A DNA stretch of 64,000 bases, taken from assembly GCA_965287045.1 (NCBI GenBank), contig OZ336886.1, positions 18,600,001 to 18,664,000 on the forward strand, given 5' to 3'. Both the position numbers and the translations under genes were made by a program. How positions within the stretch are numbered: the stretch's first letter is position 1; each line of letters opens with the position of its first letter. Of the stretch, positions 1-12,449 are shown one piece after another. The DNA comes from Carcharhinus amblyrhynchos. Its lineage: Eukaryota. Under the pieces are notes generated by a model. The model saw only the letters and a list, made by a program, of their open reading frames with translations. It had not been told where the DNA came from and searched no databases.

Positions 1-735
1 GCACCTGGACAGGCAATATAAAATAGGGAGAAAAATTCTTAAAGGCGTGTAAGAGCAGCAGAAGCTGGGTGTATATGTGCATCGATCATCAGAGGTGGCA
101 GGGCAGGGGGAAACATACAGTATCCTGGGCTTTATTAATAGTGGCATAGAGTATAAGAGCAAAGAGGTTATGCTGAATGTATACAAGACACTAGCTAGGC
201 CTCAGCTTGTGCTCACTTCTGGGTGCCACACTTTAGGAAGGATGTGAAACATTGGGAGAGTGTTGAAGAGACTTACAAGAAGGTTCCAGGGATGAGAAAT
301 TTCAGTTATGAGCAGAGATTGGAGAAGTTAGGACTGTTCTCTTTGGCGAGAAGGCGGCTAAGTGAACATTTGATAGGGATGTTGAAAATCCTGAGGGGAC
401 TGGGGAGAGTAGATAGGGAGAAATTATTCCTGTAAAAGGATCGAGAGCAAGAGGGCACAGATTTAAAGTGATCTGCAAAAAAAAAAGCAAACGTGATGCA
501 AGAAAAAATCTTTTTCACAAAACAGAGCTGTTTGGGTCTGGAATGCACTGCCTGAAAGGCTGATGGATGCTGGTTCATTCGATGCATTCAAAAGCGTATT
601 TGATTATTTGAATAGAAACAACGTGCAGGGGTTGGGAAAAAGTCGGGGAATGGCACAAAGTCATGATGCTCTTTTGGAGAGCTGATGCAGACACAATGGA
701 CCAAAAAGCTTCCTTTCACACTGTAACAATTCTGC
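1..735 (+). mobile_element. CR1 (HER1-like) LINE 3' fragment, decayed
   Basis: ORF2 C-terminal motifs (PHFRKDV...SYEQRLEKLGLFSL.RRRL) followed by a CR1-type 3' UTR. Confidence 0.85.
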
Positions 736-1217
736 ACAAAGATTGAAACGCTATTAGTCACCTGGCATGGAGAGGGAGAGAGAGGGCAGAAATGCGGCGA
801 GGAGAGTGATGGAGATGAGACTGCCCAGGAGGAGGAAAAATGAGGGATTCACAGAGGGATCAGTGACTGACCGTGTGACATGGAGAAGGACGATCAAACA
901 GAATTGAGGTGACCACAAGAGAGATGGGAGAAACTGAAAGAAGTATTGAACAGAAAGTGATGGTGACAGTATAGTACCAAATGACGTCTCAAAATTAAAT
1001 GTCTCTGTTGAGAGGAAGAGGAACAAAATAAACAATACTATGTCCTCTATCACATGATGTACCTTCTTTCTACCAAGCTCTTGTGCTGACTCGAATAGAA
1101 GCAATACCATTGGAACTCTGGCAGTGGTGTATCAGAAATTAACACTGAGATTTAGCCAAAAATGAAGGCAGGGAACTACCATAGACTCATAGGCAAGTAC
1201 AAAGTCAGTAGAATTAC

Positions 1218-1295
1218 CTGCATGATAGAATTCCTCAGCAAAATCAAGATCTCTCTGCTGTCAATTCCTCGTTTAATAAGGTAATCGCTACAAAT
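1218..1295 (-). CDS. KNDC1: KNDC1 coding exon (exon 11 equivalent), end of KIND2
   Basis: ttttcacag|ATT...CAG|gtaatt. 78 nt, ICSDYLIKRGIDSREILILLRNSIMQ (cf. VCGSYLLQRGMDSRKILAHLRASICQ). Not in the ORF track. Confidence 0.92.
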
Positions 1296-1554
1296 CTGTG
1301 AAAATAAAAAAAGACTGCATGAGCGTAAAAGTTGGTTCGCTCCATTGTTGTTTCAGGTCTAAACTTATGCAAGTTTTCAGCACTTGCAGGACACAATAAA
1401 CATGGTGCTTCCCCGCACCCCCCCAACCCCCATGATTAAACTTTAAATCCTCACCTTTCCTTATTTTAATTTCTATAATTCCATTAAAATAATAACGAGC
1501 AGAATGAGAGAACAAAGCATATGAAGGTCAGCATCTGTCAAATTCGCCGTCACA

Positions 1555-1845
1555 TGTGAACCATCCAGCCATACTCTCTTCTACCTTCCTCCATAGGGAA
1601 GAAGATACAAAAGTCTGAGGACATGTACCAACCATCACAAGAATAGCTTCTTCCCTGCTGCCATCAGACTTTTGAATGGACCTATCTCATGTTCGACTGA
1701 TCTTTCTCTGCACCCTAGCCATGACTGTAACACTACATTCTGCACCCTCTCCTTCCCTTGTCTATGAATGGTTTGCTTTATCTGTATAGCACACGAGAAA
1801 CAATACTTTTCATTGTATACTAATACATGCGACAATAATAAATCA
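1555..1845 (+). mobile_element. Rex1/Babar-like LINE 3' end
   Basis: Decayed HP.H.LF.LLP.G.RYKSLR...KNSFFPAAIRLLN, with tail ...gacaataataaatca. Same family at 17245, 21180 and 55160. Confidence 0.75.
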
Positions 1846-3020
1846 GAGAGGGAAATCCTCCACCGCACCCACAAATAACAGGTAACCCTTCCACACTGCG
1901 CAGGCATGAGAGTGACCTGACCCAACCAAACTCCACCCCCTGCTGCCACCCCCACCCACTTCCTCCCCCCAGGCTCCCTTTCTCCTATGACCACTCACCC
2001 CCTCTCAGGCCCCTTCCCTCTCAGATCTCCCTACTTCAGGCATGCGCCTCAGAGGTGCCAGTGGTGCGCTGCCCCCAGGAAGCCACTTATTGCTTTTGAA
2101 GAAAGCAGAACTTTCCAGAAGACTTAGAGCCTTTGTAAATGTTGTGGTTAGGATCAATGGAGGTACTTGAGTTACAATTCAAGTATGAGGGGAAATTGAA
2201 ATAATCATAGCTGACTGGAGCATGAGTAGAAATCCATTAAGCTGTCATTTGAAGCCTCTTTCAGAGCACAGTGCTTTAAAATTGACAGAGATCAAAGGGT
2301 TCCAATACACCAGAGAAGGTTTTAGCTTGTTAGGAAGTCTCAAATACTTTAAATCTAACCCGTGTGCAGGGAGAAAGGAAAATCACTGCTGCAGAATGGA
2401 GTGCTGCAATGATTTAAAAGCCTGCCAGGGGCCCAGGGGCAGGAGGCATGGCAGTGGTGGGGGGAGGGCATGGAGATGAAAGTGACCTGATTTCAAAGTG
2501 TTCACAGCTACAGGCAGGAATGGGGATATTAATGTTAATGACAGGGTCAGCCTCAAATTCCCATGGCAAGGGTGTTTTACAGGTCTGCCAGGGTTAGAAG
2601 GGGAAATCCAGCCACGGACCAGGAAACCCCCATCCCAGGAGAGTGTGCTGAATGCAACCCCTTGGTCCCAATCCAAGCCCACACAATGCCCAAGGCCTTG
2701 AGGGATCCTTCCTCTGCAGCCTGGAAATGGCAAAGGGCCAAATGGGCAAATGGTCACTGGATGTACCTCCTTGACACCCCTCAGAGCCCAAGGCGCCAAG
2801 CCAGGTGTCAGTGCCAGGGTGCAGAAACCATGTTAGAACTGCCAAGGCGTGTGGCCTGAAGGGGGATCTGAGCGGGGGTCTGACAGGGATGGAGGTTGAG
2901 TGGGAGGGCAGGGTGGGGTGGGGTGCGAGTGGGAAGAGAGCCGTATTTTTGGGAGTCTGAGGATGGAGGTCTGAATGGGGCATCAAAGGGGGAAGGGGAG
3001 TTGTGTGGAGGTCTGAGGAG

Positions 3021-3461
3021 GAAGAGGGACTGAATGGGTTCATGCTGGTTTACCCTCACGCCTGTGTGGTGTGGAGGGTGGTGGTGACTGTGATTTGGGG
3101 TTGGGGGAGGATGTCTCTCATTCCTGAGGGGTTGGTGGTTCTCCCCTGGACCATCGTGGTCCAGCATGCCACTCCAAAACCTGCCTAGTTCCATTCCCAC
3201 TGGGGGTAGGAGGGGGCGGGGGTTGGTGAATGGTGGAGGGATTATGAATGGGCTGCTGAACCCAGGATTTGTAATACAATTAGCAGGTTTGCATTATGAT
3301 TGTGTTGCTGGCACGCCGGACCACGAGGTACCGGGGGAACACCACCAACCCCTCAGGAATGAGAGGCATCCTCCCCCAGCCCCCAAATCACAGTCACCAC
3401 CACCCTCCACACCACACAGACATGAGGGTAACCCGGCATGACCCTCAATCAGTCCCTCTTC
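3021..3461. repeat. Local inverted repeat, ~150-bp arms (3021-3171 / 3309-3461)
   Basis: gtgtggtgtggagggtggtggtgactgtgatttgggg...cattcctgaggggttggtgg is reverse-complementary to ccaccaacccctcaggaatg...ccccaaatcacagtcaccaccaccctccacaccacac. Confidence 0.9.
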
Positions 3462-4012
3462 CCCCTGAAGTGGGCTAGCAGGGTGGGGTCAGGTGAATCT
3501 CGATCGCCTTGACGCCCTGTTGGGAATCCCTATTTTTGTCTCCCACCCCATTCTGCGAGGCATTGGGATTCCCACCGACCACCTGGTGAGGCTGGGGGAT
3601 CCCACCCAACATGTTAGACTTCACTATAAAAACGATACTGTAATAACAAAGATCAGGGCAAGCTGGTGGATGTCAACTTTCACTACACAACATTACTCTG
3701 ATTATTCTCAAAGTTTCAATACTTATTGTCCATGAATCAAATCTCATTAAAACACAGATGCAATTCGATTATTAGCACCAGAGTCAATGACAAGTTCGTA
3801 CAGATAGATGGTGGTACAGGACTACATCTGAGAGGTTATAGTGAGGCTGCATCATCTGGTGGCACAGAATGCAGGCAGGGCCATTGGCAAAAGGCACCGC
3901 TTGAATTTTGAGAAATTTATTTGAATAAGTATTAGGTAACTTTGATATTATTTGCGGAAAAAGTATTTAGCAGAAACGGCTAGCTAGAATATGAGGGGTT
4001 TGGCACATGTAC

Positions 4013-4171
4013 CTCCAGTGCATCTGTGATTGAAGGTCTTTCTCTGGAGTTTCTCTTTGCCATATCCAAAAGCAAATTCTTGAGATTTCTGGATAATGGT
4101 AACTTCTGATTCACTGGAGCGTTGAATTTAGCTGCTGCCCACAAAATAGCTGCAACGCCATAAATGCAAAC
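4013..4171 (-). CDS. KNDC1: KNDC1 coding exon (exon 10 equivalent), KIND2
   Basis: gcaacag|GTT...GAG|gtacat. 159 nt, VCIYGVAAILWAAAKFNAPVNQKLPLSRNLKNLLLDMAKRNSRERPSITDALE. Confidence 0.95.
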
Positions 4172-4264
4172 CTGTTGCGAAGATACATTCATTCAGAGAT
4201 TTACTGGCTATTTGTACGGGGTTTTTTCTGTGGCAGGGAAATAATCTCAATTTAATGGTCAAAC

Positions 4265-4326
4265 CTTTTCTGTAACCACTCCTTGATTTTCAAATTCAGG
4301 TGCCAAATAGAATGAATCCAGATTTC
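4265..4326 (-). CDS. KNDC1: KNDC1 coding exon (exon 9 equivalent), KIND2
   Basis: ctccttag|GA...AAG|gtttga. 62 nt, GNLDSFYLAPEFENQGVVTEK (cf. GSYDSFFLAPELAEERLVTEK). Confidence 0.93.
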
Positions 4327-4446
4327 CTAAGGAGAAAGAATGGACATAGATGAACTGAACTTCGCAGCGGCTGTCAACTATTGAAAACATTTCAATGACT
4401 TTATTCAGAATATCAAAACAGAAAGTAAAGATGCAGCTTTCCATAC

Positions 4447-4518
4447 CATTGCTCATCGGGGAGAGAAATAAGACTTTTCCACGAGTGTCAATGTACGCAG
4501 ACCCTAGACACAAGTACT
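4447..4518 (-). CDS. KNDC1: KNDC1 coding exon (exon 8 equivalent), KIND2
   Basis: ttttgtag|AG TAC...AAT G|gtatgg. 72 nt, EYLCLGSAYIDTRGKVLFLSPMSN. Confidence 0.92.
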
Positions 4519-4756
4519 CTACAAAATATAAAGAAAATATAACCATAACAGACAATCTTTTGAAATTAGTGAATTAAATTTACAAAATGAGTTAACTGAC
4601 CATCACAGAGATAGACTTACAATGAAACACACCATACTTAGGTCCTGACCAATGTGGTAGGAAGGAGGAACCAGAAAGCCAGAGGCACAAGAGGCTGTGG
4701 TTGCTGTTCACCTGCTCTTCCCAGCTCTTCCTCCAGGCCACCAGGTTGGACAACCA

Positions 4757-5670
4757 AATAACAAACAAAGAACAGTACAGCCCTTCACGCCTGCACCAAT
4801 CACATTGTCCTATTTAGGCCAACCACCTATATTCATGTGTCTATGCATATAAGTCTTAAATGTAGCTAATGTGTCTGCCTCAACCACCTCACATGGCAGT
4901 GCATTCCAGGCTCCCATCACCCTCTGTGTAAAAAATTTCCCCGTACATCTCCACTGATCCTTTTACCTCCTTATCTTGAACTTGTGCCCTCTTGCAATTG
5001 TCATTTCTGCCCTGGGGAAAAAGCTTCCAACTGTTCACCCTATCTATACCTTGCATAATTTTATAAACTTCTATTAGGTCGCCCCTCAGCCTCAATCTAT
5101 CTAGGGGAAACAATCCCAATTTATTCCATCTCTTCTCATAGCTACTACCCTCTGTACCAGGCAACATCCTGGTAAACTTTTTCTGTACTCCCTCCAAAGC
5201 CTCCACGTCCTTCTGGTACTGTGGTGACCAAAATTGAACACAGTATTCCAAATGTGGCCTAACCAATGTTTTATGTAATTAACATAATTTGCCAAATTTT
5301 ATACCTGATGCCCCAGCTGATGAAGACAGGGATGCCATATGCTTTCTTCACCACCTTTTCCACTTGTCCTGCCACTTCTAAGGATCTGTGGACCTATGCT
5401 CCCAGATCTGTGTGTCTACGTTCCTGATGGTTCTGCCATTTATTTTATAACTTCCAGCAATCTATCAAAATGCATCATCTCGCATTCACCAGGATTAATT
5501 TCCATCTGCCATTTCGCCGCCCAATTTTCCAGCCTATCTACATTGTGCTGCATTCTCTGATTATGTTAATTGCTATCAGCAAATCCAGCATTCTTAATAT
5601 CATCTGTGAACTTGCTAATCAGGTGAGCAATATTTTCTTCCAAGTCATTTATACGTAATACAAATACCAG
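4757..5670 (-). mobile_element. CR1 LINE 3' fragment
   Basis: ORF 4889..5266 LVRPHLEYCVQFWSP...RLRGDLIEVYKIM is the CR1 ORF2 C-terminus. Confidence 0.9.
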
Positions 5671-5807
5671 GGATCCCTCAGGATCTGTTAGTCAGCACTC
5701 ATCACTTGGCCAAGCACAGCATGGAGACAGAATGGTTTAACCACCACAAGCAGCAATGTGCCCTCAAGTCCTATCTCCACAGGAAGCTGCTGAGAGATGA
5801 ATTCAGG

Positions 5808-6143
5808 TCATAGAATCATAGAATCCTGACAGTGCAAAGGAGGCCATTTGGTCCATTAAGTCTGCACCAATCCACCTTTTTTTCTTATTTTACCCAGACC
5901 CTATTCCTGTAATCCCACATGTTTACCCTGCTAATCCCACATCGTGGGACACAAGGGGCAATTTAGCAGTCAATCAATCTGACTTACACATCTTTGGGCT
6001 GTGGGAGGAAACTGGAGCACCTGGAGGAAACCCACCCAGACACGGGGAGAACGTACAAACTCCAATCAGATAAGTCACTGAAGGTTGGAATTGAACACAG
6101 GTCTCTAGCACTGCGAAACAGCAGTGCTAACCACTGAGCTGCT
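5808..6143 (-). mobile_element. HE1-type tRNA-derived V-SINE, CR1-like tail
   Basis: Reverse complement of head (tggttagcactgctg...gttcaattcc), central ctccaggtgctccagtttcctcccacag and tail gattctatgattctatg. Confidence 0.85.
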
Positions 6144-6729
6144 CCAGATTTGTCCATTTTCCCATGTGGAAGCGAGAGACAAAGTATCTATTGGATAATA
6201 CTCATATCAAGTGATCGGCGCCCTACCTGGAATGTTAACCTGGACAGTACAAGTCCTGTGGCTGCTGACTCTCTCCACCTTTTAGCAAGACTTCAAGTCC
6301 AAATTCAGAACGCACAGTCATTTCAGACCAAGTTTGTGTCACAGTTCTGTACAAATCCCCAAATTCTCCAATTCATGTAACGAGTCAGGAAGTATAAGCT
6401 GCACCATATCAAACACACTTGCTCGTGTTTTCAAAGCATGTTGTATTGTTCTGTTCTCTTATTTAACCAGACAATTAATCTGGTTGGGTCGTTTTTTGGC
6501 AGCAGAGGAAATAATGTTCTTGTTGCTGAGAGGTATATTTTGGAAAATGAAAAGAAAATGTTTGGAAAATGTTCTCGGAGTGAACTTTTGCCTTACTGAC
6601 TGAACGCTAGAGGGCACATGAGAAAGATGCTCTGATAGCATGACAGTCATATTGACTGGGGAACTCGCGCATGTGTGCTGAACAGAAATGCATTCATGCC
6701 CTCATGGGGAGGGTCCAGGGGACTTTTTT

Positions 6730-7070
6730 TAGCATGAACTCACCAAGTTTCCTCGGGCAGCACTTGCCAAACCCATAATCGCTACCATCTAGCAGGACAA
6801 GAGCAGCAAATGCCTGTGAGTACCATCACCTGGAGGTTCTCTTACAAGTCACTCACCAACCTGACTTGGAAATATATCGTTGTTCTGCTACTGTCATTGG
6901 GTTAAAAATCATGGAATTCCGTCCCTAACAGCACCAAGGGTATACCTCTACGCCAGGGACTTCAGCGGTTCAAGGAGGCAGCTCGCCACCACATTCTGAA
7001 GGGTGACTAGGGATGAGCAATAAATTCTGGCCTAGCCAGTGATGTCTATATCCCGTAAATTAACTTTTTA
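6730..7070 (+). mobile_element. 3' end of second LINE family (same as 41020-42740)
   Basis: Matches 42410-42730 (cagcacttgccaaaccc...tcactcaccaacctgacttgga...gcaataaattctggcctagccagtga). Confidence 0.8.
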
Positions 7071-7440
7071 AAGAGTACCTCATCTGGCTAGTGTAGTGCT
7101 GTGCCCGGAGGGCTGGGAGAGATTTCTATCCAAGCACAGATAGACACCCTGCCTGGTGCCAATCAATGCTCAATTGAGTGTGGAATGGCAGCAGGACTGT
7201 CCCACTAACTCTCAGATTGGCGGGCCCCAAGCACTTGGCATCCTAAAAGTTCAGGCCTGCCTGTAAGTGTAAACTGCATTACATTATGTGATAAGGTCAT
7301 AAGGGACCATTAAAAGCCCAAATTTGGAACACGGGTGGATTTTTTTTTAAGAAAGAAACATCAAAAATGTACAAAGAAATTTAAACTAAAAATAAATCTT
7401 AAAGTCAACTGATGGAAGCAAATGGCAACTCAAAATGGTG

Positions 7441-7574
7441 GTCAGAATCTTATCACTATTCACACTGACAGGATTTTCCCATCCCGCTGCGGTGAACAGA
7501 GATTTGGCTGGCCGCTGAATTCTCCGATCTTGCTGCAGTGGGAGCGTGGCGTGAATGACAGGTAAGATTCCGTC
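7441..7574. mobile_element. ~130-bp MITE-like repeat (related copies near 9590-9715, 12670-12800, 14380-14500, 34470-34605)
   Basis: Imperfect terminal inverted repeats cagaatctta...taagattccg and a shared core cccatcccgctgc.gtgaa..gagatttggctg in several copies. Confidence 0.6.
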
Positions 7575-8482
7575 AGATGGGCTAATTGTCTACATAACAA
7601 GTTTACAAAGCAAAGCAGAACTCTCCAAAAGATAAAACAAACATTTATTTTTCATCACATCCCAACAAAAAATGTCTGCTTATGTGGGATAAAGTGCGCT
7701 CAAGGGAATTGTAAATCTAGACGAAGAATGGTCGGGCAGCCATCAGAGCATAATTTAATATTTGGAACGGAGGAAAAAAAACGTGAATGAAAAAGCGATG
7801 CACGTTCAGTAAGGAACTTTTTCTGAACATTGCAGGAGGGAAAATCAAAGGAAGATTCACTACAACCATTTGTGTAATACTTTACTGACCTCTTGGACAT
7901 TATCATCCAGTTACCATTGGGGCTGAACTGGACTATATCCGGTCAGATAGCCATAGAGGCTCCAAATGCCACAGTCAATCAACAGGCCATAAAATTAATC
8001 CTCCTGCCTTAGACATATCATGATTTATCCAGATAGGCAACAATAATATTGGGCAGGATTTTCTGGGTCCTCTGTTGGCAGGGCCTTCCGGTTCCTTCGA
8101 TGTCGATCCCTCCCGGCACGTTGCCTGGTGGGCAAGCCACGGAAAAGCCCATATAGTGGGAGCAGAAGATCCTGCCAGCAGCTAATGGTTTGGCACATCC
8201 ACTGAGGGAAAACATGCCATGTAGGGCTGGAAAATCCCAGCCATTGGGCAGGATTTTCCAGTCATGCATGTTCCAAGATGGAAATTCCCACCTAAGGTGA
8301 AAAACCTTTACATAGTCCCGCGCACTACGGTTCTTACAGCGGCCCTTGAGCACACTTCATCCCATTGCTGCTACAAGCAGACATTTTTTGTTGGGATGTG
8401 ATGAAAAATAAATGTTTATTTTATCTTTTGGAGAGTTCTGTTGTCCTTTGTAAACTTGTTATGTAGCTAATTTGCCCATCTG
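7574..8482. repeat. Local inverted repeat, ~135-bp AT-rich arms (7574-7706 / 8343-8482)
   Basis: cagaactctccaaaagataaaacaaacatttatttttcatcacatcccaacaaaaaatgtctgctt vs aagcagacattttttgttgggatgtgatgaaaaataaatgtttattttatcttttggagagttctg. Confidence 0.9.
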
Positions 8483-8994
8483 GCAGAACTTGTAATTCTT
8501 ACATCAGGACAATTCGACCCATTGTATTTTGCCGAGAAATGCTCGAGGTAAAACATCAGCTTAAAGGTGCTTTTGAATAGTGCCAATCTTTGAGGAAATA
8601 AGGAACACCATCTGAGCACCTATGTACAGTTCAAAATAAAAATTTCACACCATTTTGTGAGGCAGTTACTTCCAATTTTGTTTAGGCCTGGGATTATAGC
8701 AAAAGAATGGTATGTTTTCCAATCCTTTTGGTGATATAAAAAAACGTGTATAAGTTATTAAGGTAAAAATTATATCTCAGAGAATGTACACAAACAGCTG
8801 CATGTGCAAAATCTTAAGTGGTTATTGAGCCTGAATGTGTAAGGATAGCTTCACAACCACTGCTTTCAAGAGGAATCACATGTTTAATTAAGCAAGTGTG
8901 AGAAGTTTGTTAATCAATCAAGTAAAGATTTTGTGAGGATATTAAGGTGACAACTGCTATTATTTGACAAAAAATGTTCGAATTTCTCCTACAG

Positions 8995-9250
8995 GATAGC
9001 ATGGTGGCACAGTGGTTAACGCTGCCTCCTCACAGTGCCAGGGGACCTGGGTTCGATTCCCAGCTTGGGTCACTGTCTGTGTGGTGTCTGCATGAGTTTT
9101 CTTTGGGTGCTTTGGTTTCTTCCGTGCTAAATCCTCCCTCAGTGTAACCAAACAGGGTCAGAGTGTGGCAACTAGGGGATTTTCACAACAATTTCATTGC
9201 ACTGTTAATGTAAGTCAATTCGTGACATTAACAAATAAACAAAAAACTTA
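8995..9250 (+). mobile_element. V-SINE with alternative (type B) tail, internally deleted
   Basis: tRNA-like head atggtggcacagtggttaacgctgcctc...gggttcgattccc, tail actaggggattttcaca...ttcattgcactgttaatgtaag...aaataaac. Confidence 0.8.
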
Positions 9251-10059
9251 AATTGTTTTGTTCAAAGTTAACTGTAACATTATGGAGCACTTCCATTCCT
9301 GAACTGGTCTGTGCCTTTGTAAAAGTTTTTAAACAGGAATTTGATGTATGAATGAGATTCACTCATTTTCCGATTATTTGCATTGGAAAGATTTTTAATT
9401 ATTTAATTAAAGTTTGAGGGCAATTTTATTTTATTGTTATTATTCATTTTTTTTTAATAAACGAGCAATGTACCTAAAACACAAGGTGTTAAACTTTAAA
9501 CTTTCATGGCCTTATGAGAGATTTTCCAAATGGTAAAATCAAGAATTGGAAATACGCTAACACTCTTCCCTCCTTTTCAAAGATGTTGGGTCGGATCCTC
9601 GCTCGCAGCTGCGATTCTCCAGTCCCGCTGCAGTGAATGGAGATTTGGCTGAGTGCTGAACTCTCCATGCTCACTGGCAGTTGGCAGCAGTGTATGAATG
9701 GCTGGAGAATACCAGGAGATCACTGTTACCTCATATAAGAGGGGTCTTCTTCCTGTGTGAGCCTATGGGTTTCAGCAGAGTGGGGACAGAGGGCTAGCTT
9801 ATCAACACATTTGCACTTTTTCCACAGGGGCTGTTGGACAGAAATCGGGAATAGGAGGAGCAGCTTATTTTTTCTTCCCCATCAACAGTAGATGTGGTTA
9901 ACAGGATCGCACCATTATTGACAGGCCTGAGATATCAGCTAACTCAGCCATGGATCCAACATAAGGCTTTATGGATCTAGCTACTATGATTGACGCTCTG
10001 CAACGATCAACTGCAATTAGCTTCAACATATATTTGCAGCTCAATTTCACATCCCGAAA

Positions 10060-10640
10060 ATATTAACTGTGTGTCTTTTATCAGTATTGTGCGCAGTTTT
10101 GATGTCCTTATCTGAGGAAGATTATCCTTGCTATAGAGTTCAGTAAAAGTTTGCCAGGCTGATTCCTGGGATGGCAGATCTATCACATGAGGAGACACTA
10201 AGTCGGTTAGGATTATATCCACTGGAGCTTAGAAGAATGAGAGGGGATCTCATAGAAAATTATAAAATTCTAACAGGGTTAGACAGGGTAGATTCAGAAA
10301 GAACATTCCCAATGGAGGGGGAATCCAGATCTAGGAGTCATAGGTTGAGGATAAAGAGTAAACCTTTTAGAACTGAAATGAGGAGAAATTTCTTCACTCA
10401 GAGGGTGGTGAATGTGTGGAATTCACTACCACAGAGTGTAGATGTGGGCAAAATGTTGTCCGGTTTCAAAAAGAAATTAGATATAGCTATAGGGGCTAAA
10501 GGGATCAAGGGATATAGGGACACGGGGGAAGGGGAGATCAGGATATTGAATTCTACGATCAGCCGTGCTCAAACTGAATGGCAGAGCAGGCTTTGAAGGG
10601 TCAAATGGCCTACTCCTTTTAGTTTCCATGTTTCTATGAC
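10060..10640 (+). mobile_element. CR1 LINE 3' fragment
   Basis: ORF 10171..10596 LGLYPLELRRMRGDLIENYKIL...FRTEMRRNFFTQRVVNVWNSLP. Confidence 0.9.
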
Positions 10641-10898
10641 ATCAACAATTTTTATTGTTCTGAGTCTCAGATCAAACAGTTTTGTGGTGGCTCTTAAAAT
10701 ATATGCGGCAATGAATGAGATTGATGGATGTAGCCTCTTCTTAAAAAATTAAATGACATGATGGATCAAACATGAACTAATGATATTGAAAGCCGAACAT
10801 TTTCTCCACAGTGGCACAATACAAATTAAAAAAACAAGGAATGTGCACGATTTTAAACATATGGATAAAAAATCTTAACAAGCCTTGCTGTTCAATAC

Positions 10899-11013
10899 CT
10901 GGATAATCTTTGCAGAGTTGCAGACTGATCAAACACTCATGACACAGGGCCCACAATTCATGGTCCTTCAAGGGTCTATCATCTTGAGAGAGTAGCTCTT
11001 CTAGGGAAATGCA
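10899..11013 (-). CDS. KNDC1: KNDC1 coding exon (exon 7 equivalent), start of KIND2
   Basis: gtaacag|TGC...CCA G|gtattg. 115 nt, CISLEELLSQDDRPLKDHELWALCHECLISLQLCKDYP (cf. WVSLQDLLSQLGRPFREYELWALC). Confidence 0.94.
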
Positions 11014-11689
11014 CTGTTACAGAGACCAGGGAAGAAATGAGCATCAGTCCTCTGGGCATATTAACCGTGTCAGTGCAAGCAAGCTACCAAATCAAAACAA
11101 CATCAAATGGAAAAGTGAAAGTAGAAACTGTACAGCAAAGTTGAGCAGACATAGCCATAAAGCTGGCCTCAGTTAACAGATAAGCTTATTGTCTTCAATG
11201 TGCTATTATTGTCTCCTGTCCAGTGGAAGAAAGCACATGGAATGCTAGGACAATCCCTGTGCGAGAACAGAACACAGAATCCGTGTGTTTCTTTGGGGCA
11301 GGTGGTAGGAAATGGCTATCCATATGCAAGATTCTTGATGCGTGTTGGAGAACTCATAGGGCTGGATGGAGCTCAGGTAGAGATTTCCCTTTACTTCAAT
11401 TTAAAATTTGAGTTTTTCAACTCAAGGAAAAAAAGCAACACCCGTCCTACCCCTCAACAATAAAAGTGCATTCACACAGAAGGTTGGGAATAAGATTAAT
11501 ATCAGGACATCTCTCAGTTTCCATCAGGCTGCAATATCCAGAGAAATGCATTAAGCATTATTCAGTAAAAAGTCTGATTTCAAAATTAGTTTTAATTTCA
11601 AGTTTATCCATTAGGATTATTTAAAAATGGCATACTTCTGAACAATGCTAATTAATATTTATGAAAGCTTTTTTGTCAAAAAATATTGT

Positions 11690-12400
11690 TTTAATTTGGA
11701 TGTGTGCATTTGTTGTCCTTGAGCAGGTGGTGATGAGCTGCCTTCTTGAACCACAGTAAGAAGTCTCACATCACCAGGTTAAAGTCCAACAGGTTTACCT
11801 GACGAAGGAACAGCGGTCTGAAAGCTAGTGGCTTTTGCTACCAAATAAACCTGTTGGGCTTTAACCTGGTGTTGTGAGACTTCTTACTGTGTTTTATCCA
11901 GTCCAATGACAGTATCTCCACTTTTTGAACAAAGTCTATGTGGTGTAGTTACACCTACAGTGCTGTCAGGGAGGGAGATCCAGGATTTTAACCCAATGAC
12001 AATGGACAAACGGTGATATGTTTCAAAATCAGGATGGTGTGTAGCTTGGAGGGTTACATGAAGGTGGTAGTGTTCCCAGATATCTGCTGCCCTTCTCCTT
12101 CTAGGCAGTTATGGGTTTGGAAGATGTTGTCAAAGAGCTTTGACGAGTTGCTGCAGTGTATTTTGTATATGGTATACACCATTGCCACTGGGAGGAGGAG
12201 TCAATATTGGTGTGAATAAAGAGGGCGGCTTTGTCCTGAACAGTGTCCAGCTTTTTGAGTGTTGTTGAAGCTGCACTCATCTGGATAAGTGAGAAGAATT
12301 CAGTCACACTTTGGACTTGCGCCTTGTGGATGGTTGACAGGCTTTAGGATATCAGGAGGTGAGTTATTTGCTGTAGAATTTCAAGGCTCTGGGCTGGGAT
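11690..12400 (-). mobile_element. Second LINE family 3' fragment, interrupted by a Penelope-derived palindrome
   Basis: Minus ORF MSAASTTLKKLDTVQDKAA matches 42265-42330. The host sequence resumes after 11930. Confidence 0.8.
11752..11920. mobile_element. Palindromic Penelope-like (PLE) terminal-repeat insert with hammerhead motif
   Basis: Arms acagtaagaagtctcacatcaccaggttaaagtccaacaggttta / taaacctgttgggctttaacctggtgttgtgagacttcttactgt. Centre ctgacga-aggaacagcggtct-gaaa-gctagtg. TSD cttcttgaac / ctttttgaac. Confidence 0.85.
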
Positions 12401-12449
12401 GTTGATTCAGCAATCGTCATGATGCTGAATGTAAAGAGGGGATAGTTGT

